NCBI GenBank assembly: GCA_963786105.1
Contig: CAWAXX010000001.1
Span: 1 to 64,000, forward strand
Reading direction: 5' to 3'
DNA: 64,000 bases
Source: Vulcanimicrobiota bacterium
GTDB lineage: Bacteria > Vulcanimicrobiota > Vulcanimicrobiia > Vulcanimicrobiales > Vulcanimicrobiaceae
Shown: piece by piece, positions 1 through 8,583 of the stretch
How positions within the stretch are numbered: the first letter of the stretch is position 1
Layout: each line of letters starts with the position of its first letter
Program-made: the position numbers and the translations under genes
Notes under the pieces: model-generated
What the model was told of the DNA's origin: nothing
The model's database searches: none
What the model saw: only the letters and a program-made list of their open reading frames with translations

Positions 1-43
1 ATCCCGAATGTTTATTCAGAAATTTAGTCGCGGCGAACGTCCG

Positions 44-344
44 AATGAGTCACGTGGATCGTGGGGACCCGCGTTGGGGCAATCGGGTTGCGCGGGCATT
101 GCACCGCCGCTGAGCGCGGCATCGCGGTACTGCAACCACGCGCTCGGGTCACGCGGGCCTACCGAGTGAAACGAGGCGCCCATCGTAGTACCCGGGCGGC
201 CGGCGATTGAATAGCGCCAATGCGATGTAATGACGATTATCTCGCGCTTGGGTTGTGCCGGATTAAGCGTGGCGCGAATCCGGTACGCAGCGGCGTTTCT
301 TCGCGCGACGCGCGCACGACCAAGGGGTGGGGGCACCCCTCGAA
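44..344. repeat. Copy A of a degenerate ~260-300-nt non-coding repeat element
   Basis: Colinear by eye with 2337-2596. Example: 217-246 CCAATGCGATGTAATGACGATTATCTCGCG vs 2509-2538 CCAATGCGATGGAATCAATATTTTCTTGCG (24/30). Starts AATGAGTC; ends with a CGCG run and the hairpin AGGGGTG-gggg-CACCCCT (323-340). Confidence 0.85.
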
Positions 345-402
345 GGAGCGTGCTGCCGTAGTAGCAGGCGTTAGCAGCTACTCGAGAAGATGTCCCGGGC
401 TT

Positions 403-1191
403 TCAAGGGTTGGGAACCACCGGCGAAGGCCCGACAAACGTCTGACGTAGCGACTGCAGAGGCTCGAGGCTGACTCGAATGAAGCCCCGCTGAGGACGGT
501 CGAGATCGAAGATGGTGGCGGCGACCAGCGCGAGCATGATCGCAAAGAACGCGATAGCAAGACTTCCACGCCGATCCGTGCGACCGAAGCCGATGCCTAG
601 CAATGCTGAAGCAAACGCGATGACGATCGCCAGAACGATCACGACGGCGTCAGGGATGTGCGCGGCGAAAACGGCTTCCTCTGCCGCGCTTTGATCGATC
701 ATGTCGTTGAGCGCGTTGACGAAGAGTGGTACGAATGTCGCGTGTTTGTCGAGTGCCGACTGCGCTACGGCGAGATCCCACATCTCCCCTTGTAGCGCAC
801 CTGATCGATGCGATGCATCGAGTCTCATGCGATCGTTGATTCCGGCCCGCGCGAACTCGATGCGCGCATCAACGTATCGTTTCAAGTAGCCTCGCATCAC
901 GGGCGCGGCCCGTGCATCCAGGAACCGTGTGCGCAGGAACGTCGCACCGATCGAGTTGGCCTCACGCGCAACCTCGGCCCGGCGCGCATCGTAGCGCGCA
1001 AGCCCGAGCGAGAACGAGAAGGCGAGTAGAAGTGCAAGGAGCCCGAAGATCGCCGCCTGCAAGACGGCAAACGGGCTCTCGCCGAGGCTCGTCTTTGCGC
1101 GCGTGCCGAGATGAAATCCGATCTCACCGCAAATGACGACGATAATTCCAAACGCAAGCGCGATTCCCCAAGTGGGGACGAGATTTAGCAT
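403..1191 (-). CDS. DUF4239/bestrophin-like membrane protein
   Basis: 262 aa with about 4 TM segments; motifs LLALLLAFSFS..RYDARR..EANSIG and C-terminal DLDRPQRGFIRVS are typical of this family. Confidence 0.8.
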   Translation of the reverse strand: MLNLVPTWGIALAFGIIVVICGEIGFHLGTRAKTSLGESPFAVLQAAIFGLLALLLAFSFSLGLARYDARRAEVAREANSIGATFLRTRFLDARAAPVMRGYLKRYVDARIEFARAGINDRMRLDASHRSGALQGEMWDLAVAQSALDKHATFVPLFVNALNDMIDQSAAEEAVFAAHIPDAVVIVLAIVIAFASALLGIGFGRTDRRGSLAIAFFAIMLALVAATIFDLDRPQRGFIRVSLEPLQSLRQTFVGPSPVVPNP

Positions 1192-1389
1192 GACTTTGTC
1201 GTCTGCATTTTCTCAGAGTGCCTCTATTCGGTCACCGGCCGCTTCGCCCGCTACATTCTCGCCTGAAGCTCGGGTGTGCCCAAGCTACCTTTTCTGCCAG
1301 ATTCGAGGTTTAAGGCTACGCCCCGCCTGGAGGGAGCGAAGCTCGCGGCAAACTAGCCACACGCGTACTATCGGGGGAGACGATTACAC

Positions 1390-1850
1390 ATGGCGAACGT
1401 CGTGGCAAGGGTAGGTAGCCGGACGAGCCGCGCTAACGGCCACCGTCTTCCTGCTCCTATTGACCGCGCTTTCGGGCGCAAACGGCGCCCTCCGTCGGGC
1501 CAACCGTCGAGCCGAGTGCGACACCCGCGCCGACGCTGGAAGAGACGATGGCGAAGCTCACGCCTGCCCAGCGCGAAGCCTTCGGCAAGCCATCATCAAA
1601 CTTTCTCAGAATCCGGTCGGAAATATCGCCGTCATTCCGTTTCAGAATAACTTCAACTACGGCGTTGGCCTTACACGCGCTTTCAATACAAACTCAACAT
1701 TCACCGTCGTGCCATTCGAACTAAATCCGAATTTGAGTCTGGACGCGCGAACGATCATTCCTGTGATCGACCAACCGTCGTTTGTGTCGCCTGCGGTCTG
1801 CGCGTTGCCGTCGGGCTGCGGATCGACGTTCGGAATCGGAGACATTCAAG
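1390..1850 (+). pseudogene. Truncated, frameshifted outer-membrane beta-barrel/transporter-like gene (so-called neuromedin-U/MetA-pathway-like family)
   Basis: ATG 1390 is out of frame with a signal-like stretch GRAALTATVFLLLLTALSGA (from 1421). SQNPVGNIAVIPFQNNFNYG..ARTIIPVIDQP..FGIGDIQ resembles the family N-terminus, and similarity stops abruptly near 1850. Confidence 0.6.
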
Positions 1851-2085
1851 TGTGCGAAATAATTTCTGAATCGTCCCAAGAATAATTCGATTCGACTTGC
1901 ACGACAAGAAATGAACCAGAATCCTTCGACCCCATCGAATTAAGAATATAGAAGGGGCATTCACGGTTTGCAGAGTTAGTAGAGGTCGTCATCACTGTCC
2001 ACGTCTCAGTGTTCGCTTGGGCGCAGCCTGCTGCCACAGCCGTCGCACTCATCAAAGCGACAACCTTTAGAAAAATGCTGCGCAT
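1846..2085 (-). CDS. Small putative lipoprotein, probably 3'-truncated
   Basis: Signal peptide with lipobox-like VAAGC; its stop codon falls at the breakpoint of the converging pseudogene. Confidence 0.5.
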   Translation of the reverse strand: MRSIFLKVVALMSATAVAAGCAQANTETWTVMTTSTNSANRECPFYILNSMGSKDSGSFLVVQVESNYSWDDSEIISHT

Positions 2086-2103
2086 CGGTGCATATCCCTT
2101 GCC

Positions 2104-2240
2104 TTAAGCTTTAGTTTTCGTCGGATCTAAACGATCAGCGATGCTAAGCGCCCATTTGGTCCATTCCTGCGTCTTGTCGATGCGACCCTTCACCGCTTTA
2201 ACGTAGCCTCGGATTCGCCGCGCATCTTCGCGCAATGGCG
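2104..2240 (-). pseudogene. C-terminal remnant of a mobile-element-associated hypothetical protein
   Basis: EDARRIRGYVKAV..EWTKWALSIADRLDP resembles a recurrent C-terminal motif of island-borne hypothetical proteins; the upstream part of the ORF is just the repeat element read in frame. Confidence 0.45.
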
Positions 2241-2294
2241 GTGCGCATGTCGATTGGGTGATCGGGTTGCAAGCGGACTGCGAAGTCAGTGTCA

Positions 2295-2596
2295 CGCGCG
2301 CGCGCTCGTAGAATTTCGGGGGGTGGGGTACCCTCAAATGAGTCGCGTGAACAAACGGGGTAAAGCGTCGGGGCGAGCGGGTTGGGCGGCATCGCCGCAG
2401 CAGTCGCGCGGCGTCGGGGACTGCATCGGCGCCCACGTCGCGCGGGCCTAGCGCGAAAACGACGCGCCCATTGTGGTCCCCGGCCGGCACGACGATTCGA
2501 GCAGGCGTCCAATGCGATGGAATCAATATTTTCTTGCGTCTCTCGCGCGCGCGCGTACGTGCGGAAAGGGGTGGGGTGCACCCCTCAAATGAGTCA
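2295..2596. repeat. Copy B of the non-coding element, flanked on both sides by the CGCG..GGGGTGGGG..ACCC(C)TCAAATGAGTC motif
   Basis: Motif at 2295-2345 and 2543-2596 (hairpin AGGGGTG-gggtg-CACCCCT at 2567-2585); internal 2337-2540 aligns with 44-246. Confidence 0.85.
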
Positions 2597-2597
2597 T

Positions 2598-3065
2598 CTA
2601 GCGGCTGGTTCGGCTGCTACTACGATGGCTCCAAGGATCCCAGCGCTCATCCTGGCCCTGCGACTCGGCCTGGCGTACATGTGCAATGAAGCGCGCGAGG
2701 TCTCTCTCTGCCTGTACATCCGCTTGAGTTTTCCGACGATTACTCGCACCTGGCAAGGCCGTGTCGCTTGCCTCGAGGTCGGCTAGGACTTGCGACAGGG
2801 TCATCTGCGGACGGGCGCAGACCGGTGTGACCTCCGCACGTGACGCGAAGGGCTCGACGATCGGCGTTTCGCCGGGCTCCACGCCTTCGATTTCCGCTGC
2901 GATCCGAGCCTTACGCGCGGCGACTGAAGCATGACCCCCGAGCCGGCCGATATTGCGGTAGTATCTGGGGTCACTACCGTGACGCCGTTTCGTAACGGCA
3001 CCGCCCTTGCGCGCTAGAGCTCTCATCCGGGCGCGAAACGTTGCTTCGAGTGGATCAACGCTCAT
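2598..3065 (-). CDS. KGG-motif protein (hypothetical)
   Basis: ARKGGAVTKRRHGSDPRYYRNIGRLGGHAS matches the KGG repeat consensus (KGG..T..RHG.EFY.EIG.KGG); ATG at 3065 chosen as start. Confidence 0.65.
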   Translation of the reverse strand: MSVDPLEATFRARMRALARKGGAVTKRRHGSDPRYYRNIGRLGGHASVAARKARIAAEIEGVEPGETPIVEPFASRAEVTPVCARPQMTLSQVLADLEASDTALPGASNRRKTQADVQAERDLARFIAHVRQAESQGQDERWDPWSHRSSSRTSR

Positions 3066-3342
3066 TCCAACGCAGCATAGCACGCCGCGCTCGTAGACCC
3101 TTATGTGCCCTTTCCGTGCGTTCTACGCGTTTCTAGAGCGCTGGGATAACATTGAGGTCATCTGCCTGCGCCGAAGCCTCCCGCGCGTCGCGTTGCCCGC
3201 TCCCGTGTCGCTGGTCACGGATTGGTCACACACGAAGTTCGACGAGCCTTTGGCGACGTCAACGAACCGTTTCTAGACAAACGTGCTCGCGCACGAAAGC
3301 GGCGTCGCTTACATGAACCGCAATGGGCGAGAACGAGGCTCA

Positions 3343-3374
3343 AGAGATTCGATTCCTACACGCTCCCGCCAGAA
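3343..3374 (+). mobile_element. att-like scar 1: duplicated 3' end of tRNA-Sec (selC)
   Basis: AGAGA-TTCGATT-CCTAC-ACGCTCCC-G-CCA-GAA. There are 13 nt between the T-loop and a G discriminator (5+8), the bacterial tRNA-Sec signature; the 5' part of the tRNA is absent. Upstream tandem TGGTCAC at 3212 and 3223. Confidence 0.8.
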
Positions 3375-3605
3375 TAGTGCCGGATCTGAAAGTCAGGGCG
3401 TCGCGATAAGTAACGGGCAACACTTCTGAGGGAGATGCATTAGGATCTTGCTTCGGTCAAGGACCGCCGCAGGAAACGGCGCCCGCCTCCGGTTGGGTAC
3501 GATCTAAGATCCGCCTCGATAAGCTTTGCACCGTGACGCGCAGCTACGTGCGGCGTGGCTTTGCTCGAGTAGAAGATCGCGCAGGTAAAACCGCTCTAGC
3601 AGCGA

Positions 3606-3676
3606 TGTCATCCTGAGCGGAGCGCCGCAGGCGCGTAGTCGAAGGACGAGCGGAGCGCCGCAGGCGCGTAGTCGAA
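3606..3676 (+). repeat. REP-like palindromic repeat (GTCATCCTGAGCG..AGTCGAAGGA family), 1.5 tandem copies
   Basis: TGTCATCCTGAGCGGAGCGCCGCAGGCGCGTAGTCGAAGGAC followed by a partial duplicate; related copies at 34358-34438 and 43292-43523. Confidence 0.85.
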
Positions 3677-3691
3677 CAACAGCCAGTTGAA

Positions 3692-3767
3692 GGGCGATTA
3701 GCTCAGCTGGGAGAGCGCCTCCCTTACAAGGAGGATGTCGGCGGTTCGAGCCCGTCATCGCCCACCA
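3692..3767 (+). tRNA. tRNA-Val (anticodon TAC)
   Basis: 76-nt cloverleaf GGGCGAT..ATCGCCC-A-CCA; anticodon arm CCTCC-CTTACAA-GGAGG; T-loop TTCGAGC. Confidence 0.98.
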
Positions 3768-3885
3768 TTTTCAGCCTTATTCGACCATAGTTTTGAAGCG
3801 CCAAGGATCTTCGCAATCAGCGCTGCGCTGACAGTTCCTCGCCGGACATGCAGATGCGCTGCTGCCGGCGATCAGCGGGTCGGGT

Positions 3886-4923
3886 TTATGGCGCAGTTAC
3901 AACGTCGAAGTCATCGATTGAGATCGATCCTAAATCTGATTGGTCATCAGAGTTCCATGCGGGTGCGCCGTTGCCGTCATTGACGAATGGGATCAGATTT
4001 TCTGAGCCTACGTCAAAGAGATACGCGCCGTAGTGCTTTAACCCCGTGGCTACGATCTGTGCCTCCCGATGAAAGTGCGAAATATCGAAGGATGCTTTGA
4101 GACGAATCCGTGCGCCTGCGGGCATCGCTTTATGAGCCTCGCTATGCGGTCCTTTGTATCTGCGACCGCCCGTGCAGTGGGTGACGGCGGCAGGGCTGAC
4201 ACAGGCGTACTTTGAGACGGATCCAGAAATCGCGTCCCATCCAAGAGCATGGCTGATTGCACCGGCGGCGAGCTCCTCGGGTCGAACGGCGAGGAGGCCG
4301 ATCGGAATGCACGACGACGTCGAGCACCCGCCGGTGGCCGGTCGCGAGAAAGGCTGAGTTAAGTCCACAAATGTCCCACTATAGGCTGACAGTTGGTGAC
4401 TTGAACGCTTCGCGGTGGTGCGGTACGTTTCGTAATATTGGCAGGCGTCTGTCTGCAATACCATCGCGTGAGCGTTCGATGTCGGCTCGATGTAAAAGGG
4501 AGGAGTGAACACCCAGGGCTCAGGGCTCTTCGGCGTATGGTACGACGTTTTCGGATGGACAGCGACCAGCGGCGTCGAGCCGTTCGCCGTATTAACGTAC
4601 TCGTTCGTAATATTTTTCTGGCCGCTGACGATCACACCAGCGGTGAACGGCCCGTCTCCATGGCCGTCGATCGTGGCTTTGATATTCGCTGCACTGTCTG
4701 GCGCAAGATCTGACGACGAAATATCGGTTTGCCACACGTCTCCCGAGGGATACGGGCAGCCGAGAAACGTACCCGCCGCTGCGGGTCGGAGATCGAGTAA
4801 CTGTTGCGCCGTAGCCTGATCCGGCATAATCGACGTCGCGGCCTGTCCCGGCATGACCGACGTTGACCGATTGCTGCACGCGGCGAGCGCACCAGCGAGT
4901 AACAAAACACTCAGGTACTTCAT
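3886..4923 (-). CDS. Secreted lipoprotein of a conserved uncharacterised family
   Basis: Start MKYLSVLLLAGALAAC (lipobox) with a GAGGGGAG RBS; conserved-looking blocks YYETY, LLAVRPEELAAGAISHAL, GARIRLKASFDIS, LKHYGAYLFDVG. Confidence 0.8.
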   Translation of the reverse strand: MKYLSVLLLAGALAACSNRSTSVMPGQAATSIMPDQATAQQLLDLRPAAAGTFLGCPYPSGDVWQTDISSSDLAPDSAANIKATIDGHGDGPFTAGVIVSGQKNITNEYVNTANGSTPLVAVHPKTSYHTPKSPEPWVFTPPFYIEPTSNAHAMVLQTDACQYYETYRTTAKRSSHQLSAYSGTFVDLTQPFSRPATGGCSTSSCIPIGLLAVRPEELAAGAISHALGWDAISGSVSKYACVSPAAVTHCTGGRRYKGPHSEAHKAMPAGARIRLKASFDISHFHREAQIVATGLKHYGAYLFDVGSENLIPFVNDGNGAPAWNSDDQSDLGSISIDDFDVVTAP

Positions 4924-4954
4924 AAGAAGCGCTCCCCTCAAGGTGGCTCTTAGG

Positions 4955-4960
4955 ATTATA
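4955..4960 (-). promoter_or_regulatory. Possible sigma70 -10 box
   Basis: Perfect TATAAT on the minus strand about 31 nt upstream of ATG 4923; no clear -35. Confidence 0.35.
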
Positions 4961-5786
4961 TCGCTCGTTGCTGGTAAGCCGGTTGAGGCCATCGGGCCGC
5001 AATTCCCGTACAAAAGGCCCATTTACGGCTGAGGCCCGAACGCCAACCGTTTTGCCCGGACAGCTTACGATCGCTTGCTCGGAGGAGGGGATAATTTGTG
5101 AGCAACTCGCCGGGACCGACTTCCAAGAGTGGAAGCTTTCTGGAATGCTTTGCGCCAGTTTACGGCAATGCCGCGAACGTTTGCGAGTACGAGCCGAGGT
5201 CCAGAGCATTCTTGTACCAAACGGCGACTTGCTTTCTCCACGCTGTTAAGTGCGAACAACACAACCGCGTCCAGAATTTGGACGGAGCGGTCCACGAGGG
5301 CCGTCGCCGCCCGGCTATACCGACAAGGGCGGAGCGCACGCGACGTGCGCAGTGAACTCTAGGGTTCCGTTCTTTCTACGTGCTGCAGGCCGCGTGCCCA
5401 CAATGACAGTGACCGTGATCGTTAGCCGACTTACAGGCGTCACTGCAATACTCGCCGCTGGTAGCCTGACACTTACAACCTTCGCCCTTACATGGCATAT
5501 TCGAATCCTCCAGGATGATCCTATACCCAAAGGCGACCGCCTACCTTGCGTCAAGCCCCCAATCGGCATCGGAGACGATTTACTGGGTATAATCGAGTTG
5601 TTGCAAAGGAGGAATACCGGCCAAGCATGCTTAGCGTAGAGCACAGGGCAGTATACGGATCCAAAGAGGTCGACGAAATCATCGGTTCGTGCGGCTGGCG
5701 CGGACGGGTTACTTATCTCCGGTGCAGTCTCTGGTCACGATGCGCAATCTAAGATTTAGGGGCGAAGAGTCGAGGCTGTAGCCCGC

Positions 5787-5879
5787 GGCACCCCACTCGC
5801 TTGCGGCTGGGCGACTCCCGGTTTTCACGCCAACGTGGGGGCCGGCGTGGACGTGGGGATGGGCGTGCGCGGGCATTGC
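5787..5879. repeat. Relic third copy of the non-coding element
   Basis: GGCACCCC at 5787; CGTGGGGGCCGGCGT (5834) resembles CGTGGGGACCCGCGT (60); exact TGCGCGGGCATTGC is shared with 89-102. Confidence 0.5.
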
Positions 5880-6160
5880 GAGGCCTAGGAGGTACGCGAT
5901 CGGCAGAAGCTGGGTAGTTTATCATCGCCCGGCGCGAAACGCACTGCACTACGCAAGGTCTGCGTACGCTCTTGCGGTTGCCAAACGGTTGCCGTCGAAG
6001 TCGCCGGAGCATGCGCACGATCAGAGCGACTCGGAACAACTAGGAACAATGAACCGCTACGAACGGCTCCGAGTCGCGTCGAACGAACGCCTCGCGGAAG
6101 TGGTTTACGCACGAAGCGCGATGAGACACAATGACTTGCTACTGCGTAAAGCCACCTCTT

Positions 6161-6192
6161 AGAGATTCGATTCCTACACGCTCCCGCCAGAA
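6161..6192 (+). mobile_element. att-like scar 2: second identical copy of the tRNA-Sec 3' end
   Basis: 32/32 identical to 3343-3374; upstream tandem CGGTTGCC at 5975 and 5986 (11-bp period) and GGAACAA x2 near 6033-6049. Confidence 0.8.
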
Positions 6193-6199
6193 CCACAAT

Positions 6200-7234
6200 T
6201 CAACTTGGAACGACTGGTAGCAATTGATGACTGAGTTGGTCACTAGAGGGGATCGTTTGGTGGCCGCGCGTCGTTGAACCAGTGCGGCGCCCCGGGGGCG
6301 AGGTAGCGGAGGCACTTGGCGCCGGTTCGTTAGGGGGCAAGTTAGGAATTTGCTCACCAAAATGGTGGGTCCACTGGGCACGGTCGAAGACCCAGTCGGG
6401 CTCCGACGCAGGAAACGTAACGTCAGAAATTCGCCACTTCCCCAAGCCGTTTTTACTATTGCCGACCGCACTAACGTTCACGATGCGGCCATCGATCTCG
6501 ACGCTGTCGACGGTCACAAGGTAAGTGAAATACTCGAACGGATCGATAACCGTCCGAACCGCGACGTAACGCGCGGGCAAGAACGTTGTCTTGTCTATCC
6601 ACATCTGACGCAAGACGTTGCGGGTTGGATCGCGTATCGGGACGAGGGCAAGATGGTATACTGGCCGCCCACTAACTAATGCCTCGCCTAGGTTGGTAAT
6701 TTGGTAGGGCGGTGGTTCGAACGCAAAAACGGTGGCGATGGTTCTAAGCGGAGAGGTCGATGGTAGCGGCGTTGGTGGCTCAAAGAATCCGGCCCGCGAC
6801 GGTGTGCCATATCGCAAACCAAAATCGGCTAGCGGGAAATCTCCAAGCCGAAGGACGTTCGATACGGAAAAATAGTCATTCGTCGTGGTCACCACGAAAG
6901 CTCTGGGGTGGGATATATCTTCCCCAAGTTGGTCTTTTAGAGCGGTGATAACGGCGAAGCCATCTGAGACACGGACCAGCACCCGAAGTAATTCCCGGGT
7001 CGGTATGACTGACTGGCGATCGTTTGTGAAATTATCGCCTTGATTTTCAAAGGTGAACGCAATATACGCCGGCTGTGCGAGCCGATTGACTGCGGCTTGT
7101 GCGCGCCAGAAAATTTGGACGGGGGTAAGCTTATCCGTGTCGCTCGCCCGCGCCGCGTTGAGGAGCGACGCCACCGTGAGAACGACCGCCGCCAGACCGA
7201 TCGTTCGATGCGAGCATAGGATCCGCGGCCACAT
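6200..7234 (-). CDS. Secreted protein, LolA-like/outer-membrane lipoprotein-sorting-like family
   Basis: Signal peptide; PVYHLALVP..LRQMWIDKTTFLPAR motif; low-complexity tail running up to the att scar. Confidence 0.7.
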   Translation of the reverse strand: MWPRILCSHRTIGLAAVVLTVASLLNAARASDTDKLTPVQIFWRAQAAVNRLAQPAYIAFTFENQGDNFTNDRQSVIPTRELLRVLVRVSDGFAVITALKDQLGEDISHPRAFVVTTTNDYFSVSNVLRLGDFPLADFGLRYGTPSRAGFFEPPTPLPSTSPLRTIATVFAFEPPPYQITNLGEALVSGRPVYHLALVPIRDPTRNVLRQMWIDKTTFLPARYVAVRTVIDPFEYFTYLVTVDSVEIDGRIVNVSAVGNSKNGLGKWRISDVTFPASEPDWVFDRAQWTHHFGEQIPNLPPNEPAPSASATSPPGRRTGSTTRGHQTIPSSDQLSHQLLPVVPS

Positions 7235-7402
7235 TTACCTGGAAAGGAAGGTTCTCGGCGGTATTTTGATCTCCTCGACCCGTGGAATACTCGAAGTCGG
7301 ATTTTCCGCCAATTTCTCAAAAAGTGTTAAAGTGGTCGGCAATAGCAAAAAGGCCGGCTGGTGCGTCGCAGGCTAGGGCTGCGGCGTAAAGAACGTTCTA
7401 TC

Positions 7403-7936
7403 ATGAGCGCGGCGTGCCGCACCCCGGTAAAATTCCTCGCGATTGCCGTATGCGCTGCGCTATCGCTCGCAGACGCTTCGTTCAGCAGTGCCTCAACGAG
7501 TAACGGGCCGGTGATTTTGCCCGCGCCGACCAACACGCTCAGAGTGGGAGCCGGCACGGCTGCCTACGCCGGCAAGATCATCGTTACGTTCGACGTTGCC
7601 GAACCGGCGTCTTGGAGTTACGACCCGGGTTCGAGCCGCTTGTCGAAGCTACCGGCTATCGTGAACCGATCCCAGCCCATTGCGGGCGTGACGATCGCCG
7701 TTGTAAGAGAGCGGGGCGGTCCGGCGGCGCCCAAACGCGCGATCGGCGCTCTCAACGGCAGCGGCGTCGCCACCTTCAACCCGAATTTGTCGGACGGGAT
7801 ATTCGACCTCGTGATTTCGGTCCCAGCGAACGTGATGAAATACTCCGGCGTATCCGCCAACGCCGCGAAGGCCGCCGCCCTGAGGTTCGCAGTCCTCGTC
7901 GGAGCAAACGGTGAGATCAAGGTGTCTGAAGAGTAA
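7403..7936 (+). CDS. Secreted hypothetical protein
   Basis: Signal-peptide-like N-terminus (KFLAIAVCAALSLADA), beta-rich mature region; start uncertain. Confidence 0.65.
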   Translation: MSAACRTPVKFLAIAVCAALSLADASFSSASTSNGPVILPAPTNTLRVGAGTAAYAGKIIVTFDVAEPASWSYDPGSSRLSKLPAIVNRSQPIAGVTIAVVRERGGPAAPKRAIGALNGSGVATFNPNLSDGIFDLVISVPANVMKYSGVSANAAKAAALRFAVLVGANGEIKVSEE

Positions 7937-7970
7937 ACCTCTCTGCGTGATCCCGGAGCGCCATCGGATT

Positions 7971-8504
7971 TCAACAACCGTAGTCCTGCAGAAACTTTTG
8001 TAAGTCGGTGATTCGATGGTTATAGAAGTACAGCGACTCTCCATAAAGTAAGTTGGAGATCACGTACCAGCGGCCGTTGTCGTGGAGAATCACCGTAATG
8101 TGCCGTTCGCTGCCGCCGTTGTCCGACAACCGCAGCGTCACGCCGACGGCGGCCTTCGATCCTTCGATGTGCGTCGCGCCGACGGCGAACGACGCCGCCG
8201 GCAACACCGAGTTCGCGAATGGATCGTACTCCACTTCGTGCGGGAAGCATTGGCCCGTGCTTCCGGGACAAACGGTTATCGGACCACCTTTGATGTACTC
8301 GCCATCAAGTTGGCTGAAGAGGTCGTCGTCGAATAGCTCGCGGACTTCGCTGAACACCCGTGCAACGCGGCCGTGGTGTTGGACGTACCATCCGTAAAAC
8401 ATCTTGACGGTTTTGGCGGGACCGTTTTCTTGGGCGCCCGCGGGTAGGATCGATCCCCCTAGCATGGTGGCTGCTACCACCGCGGCCAAAATCACGCGCC
8501 TCAT
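7971..8504 (-). CDS. DUF3828/YbjP-like secreted protein
   Basis: Signal peptide, GGAGG RBS; P..TV..FY.WY, YDPF, A.V.V.L and W.ISNL pattern. Confidence 0.7.
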   Translation of the reverse strand: MRRVILAAVVAATMLGGSILPAGAQENGPAKTVKMFYGWYVQHHGRVARVFSEVRELFDDDLFSQLDGEYIKGGPITVCPGSTGQCFPHEVEYDPFANSVLPAASFAVGATHIEGSKAAVGVTLRLSDNGGSERHITVILHDNGRWYVISNLLYGESLYFYNHRITDLQKFLQDYGC

Positions 8505-8583
8505 GGAAGCTTCCTCCCGTAGCCAAGCGTATGCCGTGGTGATTCGCTACCGCCCCTTGAAGACCCGGGAAAGAAGCCCTCGT

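Noticed and set aside
344..420. GGAGCGTG...TTCAA as a possible 5' half of tRNA-Sec
   Set aside because: No D, anticodon or variable arms can be folded, and it overlaps the DUF4239 gene end.
3606..3676. Possible mini CRISPR array
   Set aside because: The repeats are adjacent with no spacers, belong to a dispersed REP family, and no cas genes are present.
5060..5760. Several short overlapping ORFs (5065-5295, 5250-5639, 5315-5644, 5546-5752)
   Set aside because: No recognisable motif or consistent RBS; possibly a decayed gene, but not callable.
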